The notes under the pieces: generated by a model | Databases searched by the model: none | Told to the model about the DNA's origin: nothing | What the model saw: the letters and a program-made list of their open reading frames with translations, nothing else | Shown: positions 7,631 to 11,143 of the stretch, piece by piece | Numbering within the stretch: the first letter of the stretch is position 1 | Layout of the letters: each line of letters opens with the position of its first letter | Position numbers and translations under genes: made by a program | Assembly (NCBI GenBank): GCA_016926735.1 | Contig: JAFGOA010000226.1 | Coordinates: 1 to 11,143, forward strand | Length of the DNA stretch: 11,143 nucleotides | Direction of reading: 5' to 3' | Source of the DNA: Promethearchaeota archaeon | GTDB lineage: Archaea; Asgardarchaeota; Lokiarchaeia; Sigyniarchaeales; SOKP01

Positions 7631-9331
7631 ATGACTTGGGTTATTACTAATAAAGTTTTTAAAAACTATTTAAATGTAGAAAAAATAGCTAATTCTATTT
7701 TCTTTTACTCGGAAAATCTCCAAATAAGATACTTTTCCTCAGAAAGAAAAAAAAAAACCGGTATCTTTATTGACGGCTATGTTCTTCTCAGAAATAAATC
7801 AAAAAGAAAATATTATGTTTATAAAAATGAAGAATTAATTTTCAAACTTTATTTAGACTATGGTTTGGATTTTATCAATTATATTAAAGGAAATTTTACT
7901 TTATTCTTAATCATTAGTGATGAAATTAGATTATTTTCTGATCACTTGGGATTGAAGAAGTGTTTTTATTCATTTGATGAAAAAAATATCATTATCTCTA
8001 ATGATATCAATGTAATAATGAAAAATGTAAGTGTTGAGATAGAAAGAAACTCTATAATTGACCATGTTTTGTTTAACCACTTTATTAATGAAAGAACTAT
8101 TTATAAAAATGTATTTTTTAATAAGCCGGGTCAATATGTTACAATAAAAAAAGACATAATCAGTGTAAATCATTATTGGAATTATTTTGATCTAATACAA
8201 AATAATGCTGAATATAAGAACTATCACGAAATAGCAGATTTATTTTTAGATACTATTAAAAGTTATAATGAAATTATAAAACCTAAGAATTTGTCTTCAG
8301 CTATAACTGGAGGTGTTGATTGCAGATTAATAATTTCGACTCTTTTAAATCTTGGTTTTAGACCTAATGTCTATACTTATGGCAATCCTGAATCAGCTGA
8401 TTGCGTTTATGGGAGAAAAGCAGCTGAAAAATTAAATCTTAATTGGAAAAATTATTCATTTGTAGATGTTCAAACCGTATATCCACTTTTAATGAATGAG
8501 ATTTTAGAAAAGGGTAATACCTTGGCATCTATTCACAGAGCACATAGGCTTTATGCAATTAAAAAAGAAGATGAAAGATCAGATTTAATGTTTTTTGGTT
8601 ATCTCGGAAGTGAAATGATAAGAGGTTTATGGCCTGATGATTTGATAATTTCTGAATTTGTCAGAAAGCTTTGGGAAAAACCTAAAGATATAAACGGTCT
8701 AATAAAAAATATATTTCTTGAAAATCATTTTTTATACAATAAAAATGATATTGATTACGCAATAGAAGTTTCTAAATTGTTTAACTCCAAAAACGACTAT
8801 TATAGTTTAAAATATTTAACAGAAGTTATCGCACATATTCATTTTGCGCAGGATTTGAATTTGTTTGAATACTATTTGACAACCATTCCGTTATTTATGG
8901 ATATTGATATTATGAATGTAATATTGTCTTCAGATATATCATCTCTAAAACAAAGTAGAATGGTTAAAAATGATATTTTTAGATCAAATGTCCATGAATT
9001 TTATGCAAATCTGATTTATGAATTATATAAGCCAATGGCATATTTAAAGCTTTCAAAAGGTTTTAAGTTGAGTGATTACAAAAAAAATAAATCTTTGGTT
9101 TTAATTCAAAAATATATTCATGATCATGTAAATAGAGAAAAATTTCCTCCAAATTTTTCATATAATGGGTGGTTTAGAGAAATAATCGCTGAAAAATTAG
9201 ATGGATTAGAAAATTACAGGGATTATTTCAATTTTGATAGAATACCTGAATTATATAATGAAAAAGATTGTTTTCCTTTTTCGAGAATGCTTGAAGTAGA
9301 TTATTATATTGAAAAGTCAAAAAGTGGATAA
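7631..9331 (+). CDS. Asparagine-synthetase-like (AsnB-fold) amide synthetase lacking the N-terminal catalytic Cys
   Basis: Ntn-like region (IKGNFT, SDHLGLK..FY, TIYKNV...PG), PP-loop variant ITGGVDCR, YTYG, FFGYLGSEMIRG and PLFMD. The protein starts MTW with no Cys2. Confidence 0.82.
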   Translation: MTWVITNKVFKNYLNVEKIANSIFFYSENLQIRYFSSERKKKTGIFIDGYVLLRNKSKRKYYVYKNEELIFKLYLDYGLDFINYIKGNFTLFLIISDEIRLFSDHLGLKKCFYSFDEKNIIISNDINVIMKNVSVEIERNSIIDHVLFNHFINERTIYKNVFFNKPGQYVTIKKDIISVNHYWNYFDLIQNNAEYKNYHEIADLFLDTIKSYNEIIKPKNLSSAITGGVDCRLIISTLLNLGFRPNVYTYGNPESADCVYGRKAAEKLNLNWKNYSFVDVQTVYPLLMNEILEKGNTLASIHRAHRLYAIKKEDERSDLMFFGYLGSEMIRGLWPDDLIISEFVRKLWEKPKDINGLIKNIFLENHFLYNKNDIDYAIEVSKLFNSKNDYYSLKYLTEVIAHIHFAQDLNLFEYYLTTIPLFMDIDIMNVILSSDISSLKQSRMVKNDIFRSNVHEFYANLIYELYKPMAYLKLSKGFKLSDYKKNKSLVLIQKYIHDHVNREKFPPNFSYNGWFREIIAEKLDGLENYRDYFNFDRIPELYNEKDCFPFSRMLEVDYYIEKSKSG

Positions 9332-9332
9332 A

Positions 9333-10379
9333 ATGTTAAAGATAACAATACTTGGGAACGAGGATAAAAATGAGAATGTGTTATGGATAAAATCACTTGA
9401 AAAGCATAGAGAAAGAATAGAATATGATGTAATAGACTTAACCAAAAGTGATTGGTTCAAAAAGATAGAACACTGCAAATCAGATTTATACCTTACAAAA
9501 CCACCGGGATTGAATTCTATTTCCAAGCAACTCTATGATGAAAGAATATGGATAATAAACAAAATTTTAAAATTTCCAATTTATCCAAGTTTTGAAGAAG
9601 TTTTAGTCTATGAAAATAAAAGGCTGCTTTCATGTTTCCTCGCAGGCAACAATATATCTTGCCCTAAAACAAGTGTTTTTTATTTTAAGGATGAAGCCCT
9701 CGAATTTCTTAATAATTGTCAATATCCCATTGTTGGGAAATTCAGTATTGGAGCTTCAGGTTATGGTATAAAAATAATAAATACACAAAAAAGAGCGGAA
9801 GACTATATCAAAACCGCTTTTTCTTCGAAAGGTCTTACAAGAAAATGGGGTCCTAATTTCAATTATGGGAATTGGGGGAAAAGAATTGGGAGATACTTAA
9901 AGGGCGAGAGAAAATTAAGTGACAAAATAAAGACATATTCACTGCAAAAAGCAGAAACTCAGAAGGGATTTGTGATACTTCAAGAGTTTATTCCGCATGA
10001 TTTTGAATGGAGATGTGTCAGGATTGGGGATAGTTATTTTGCTCATAAAAAAATGAAAAAAGGCGATAAAACGAGCGGGACTCTCATGAAAAATTACGAT
10101 AATCCACCTCTTTATTTGTTTGATTTCGTCAAAGAATTGACTGAAAGGATTGATTTTAAATCAGTCGCCATTGACCTATTTGAATATCCTGAAAGAAATT
10201 TTCTTATAAACGAAATTCAGTGCTTTTTTGGGCAATCAGATCCTTATCAGATGAAAGTAGATGATAAACCGGGTAGGTATATAATTTCTGAGAAAAAGTG
10301 GATATTTGAAGAAGGATATTTTTGCACGAATGAATGTTTTGACCTCAGGCTGGACCATGCCTTGAGTTTAATTAAATGA
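9333..10379 (+). CDS. ATP-grasp amide ligase, RimK/LysX-like
   Basis: YENK, PKT, YPIVGK..GASG.GI, VILQEFIP, EWRCVRIG, VAIDLF, INEIQ. ATG 9333 (2 nt after the upstream stop, GGA upstream) is preferred over the track's TTG 9309. Confidence 0.85.
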   Translation: MLKITILGNEDKNENVLWIKSLEKHRERIEYDVIDLTKSDWFKKIEHCKSDLYLTKPPGLNSISKQLYDERIWIINKILKFPIYPSFEEVLVYENKRLLSCFLAGNNISCPKTSVFYFKDEALEFLNNCQYPIVGKFSIGASGYGIKIINTQKRAEDYIKTAFSSKGLTRKWGPNFNYGNWGKRIGRYLKGERKLSDKIKTYSLQKAETQKGFVILQEFIPHDFEWRCVRIGDSYFAHKKMKKGDKTSGTLMKNYDNPPLYLFDFVKELTERIDFKSVAIDLFEYPERNFLINEIQCFFGQSDPYQMKVDDKPGRYIISEKKWIFEEGYFCTNECFDLRLDHALSLIK

Positions 10380-11143
10380 AAGTCCTCTTTATTCTCGCCG
10401 ATCTCGGAGGGGATTTTAGAAGAAAATCTCCTTTTATTTATTCACAGGGAGAATCTTTAAAAAAAATTGGTCTTGAAGTTGATTATTTTCTTTTAAGAGG
10501 AAGAGGATTTCTTAAATATGTTTTTGGTATAGGGCAGTTAAAAAAGTATCTAAAGAATAAAGACTACGATATTTTACACGCACATTACAGTTACGCGGGA
10601 TTGTCTGCTACTTTCGCTTCAAAGAAACCTTTAATCGTATCATTGATGGGGAGTGATATATACAGTAGGGAGAATATAATAAAGAGAATTATCAATAAAA
10701 TAGTTTTGAGGAGAGTTTTATATAAATCAGATATAATTATCTGCAAAAGCGAGAAAATGAAAGATTCGATAAATAGAGAGAAAGATATATATGTCATTCC
10801 TAACGGAGTTGATTTTAATGTCTTTTATCCAATAGATAAAAAAAAGTCAAGATCAGTTTTGGGACTGAGTTTAGAGAAAAAATATATTCTAATTGTTGGG
10901 AATACTAAGAGAAAAGAGAAAAATTTTAAGTTGGCTAAAAAAGTGTATGATGAATTGGATAAAATAGAAGTAGAATTATTAGTAATAAACAATAAATCTC
11001 AGGAAGAATTAAACCTATATTACAATTCCGCTGATGTCCTTTTGATGACTTCGTTATATGAGGGTTCACCTAATGTAATAAAAGAGTCTATGGCGTGTAA
11101 TCTGCCGATTGTTTCAACAGATGTGGGGGATGTTAAAGAAAGA
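10376..11143 (+). CDS. Glycosyltransferase family 4 (TuaC-like), partial at 3' end; absent from the ORF track
   Basis: Manual translation: MKVLFILADLGG...DILHAHYSY...LMGSDI...IPNGVD...KEKNF...ADVLLMTSLYEGSPNVIKESMACNLPIVSTDVGDVKER. EX7E motif present, ATGA overlap with the ATP-grasp stop, open to the window end (256 codons). Confidence 0.93.
   Translation, partial: MKVLFILADLGGDFRRKSPFIYSQGESLKKIGLEVDYFLLRGRGFLKYVFGIGQLKKYLKNKDYDILHAHYSYAGLSATFASKKPLIVSLMGSDIYSRENIIKRIINKIVLRRVLYKSDIIICKSEKMKDSINREKDIYVIPNGVDFNVFYPIDKKKSRSVLGLSLEKKYILIVGNTKRKEKNFKLAKKVYDELDKIEVELLVINNKSQEELNLYYNSADVLLMTSLYEGSPNVIKESMACNLPIVSTDVGDVKER

Noticed and set aside
9309-9332. TTG start at 9309 for the ATP-grasp gene
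   Set aside because: It overlaps the upstream CDS by 23 nt. The in-frame ATG at 9333 fits the coupling pattern of the operon better.
7631-10379. Lasso peptide or graspetide biosynthetic cluster
   Set aside because: No precursor peptide, B1/B2 proteins or transporter in the window; both enzymes are coupled to glycosyltransferases.
508-10797. Eight short minus-strand ORFs (508-711, 1209-1403, 2263-2508, 5074-5304, 6121-6354, 7970-8173, 9317-9526, 10591-10797)
   Set aside because: All lie antisense to well-supported + strand genes or the IS remnant and show no motifs; these are typical shadow ORFs.
1-11143. CRISPR array, tRNA/rRNA, integron attC sites, strong intrinsic terminators
   Set aside because: The window is almost entirely coding. 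I saw no spaced repeats, cloverleaf or GC-rich stem followed by a U-tract.

Overview
This AT-rich window lies inside a surface-polysaccharide (O-antigen/capsule/EPS-type) biosynthesis locus. All real genes are on the + strand and most are tightly coupled. Order: WbqC-family protein, shortened DegT-like PLP enzyme, GNAT acetyltransferase, a ~414-bp internally deleted IS3-family remnant, GT4 glycosyltransferase, Wzy-like polymerase, GT4, CapA/PgsA-family metallophosphoesterase, asparagine-synthetase-like protein, RimK-like ATP-grasp ligase, and a third GT4 that runs off the 3' end and is missing from the ORF track. The main point of interest is the density of amide-forming enzymes. A coupled trio (anchor-less CapA, Cys-less AsnB-like protein, ATP-grasp with a long basic insert) and a WbqC/PLP/GNAT module suggest, by inference only, a glycan decorated with amino acids or short peptides. 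Family calls come from motif recognition; no searches were run.
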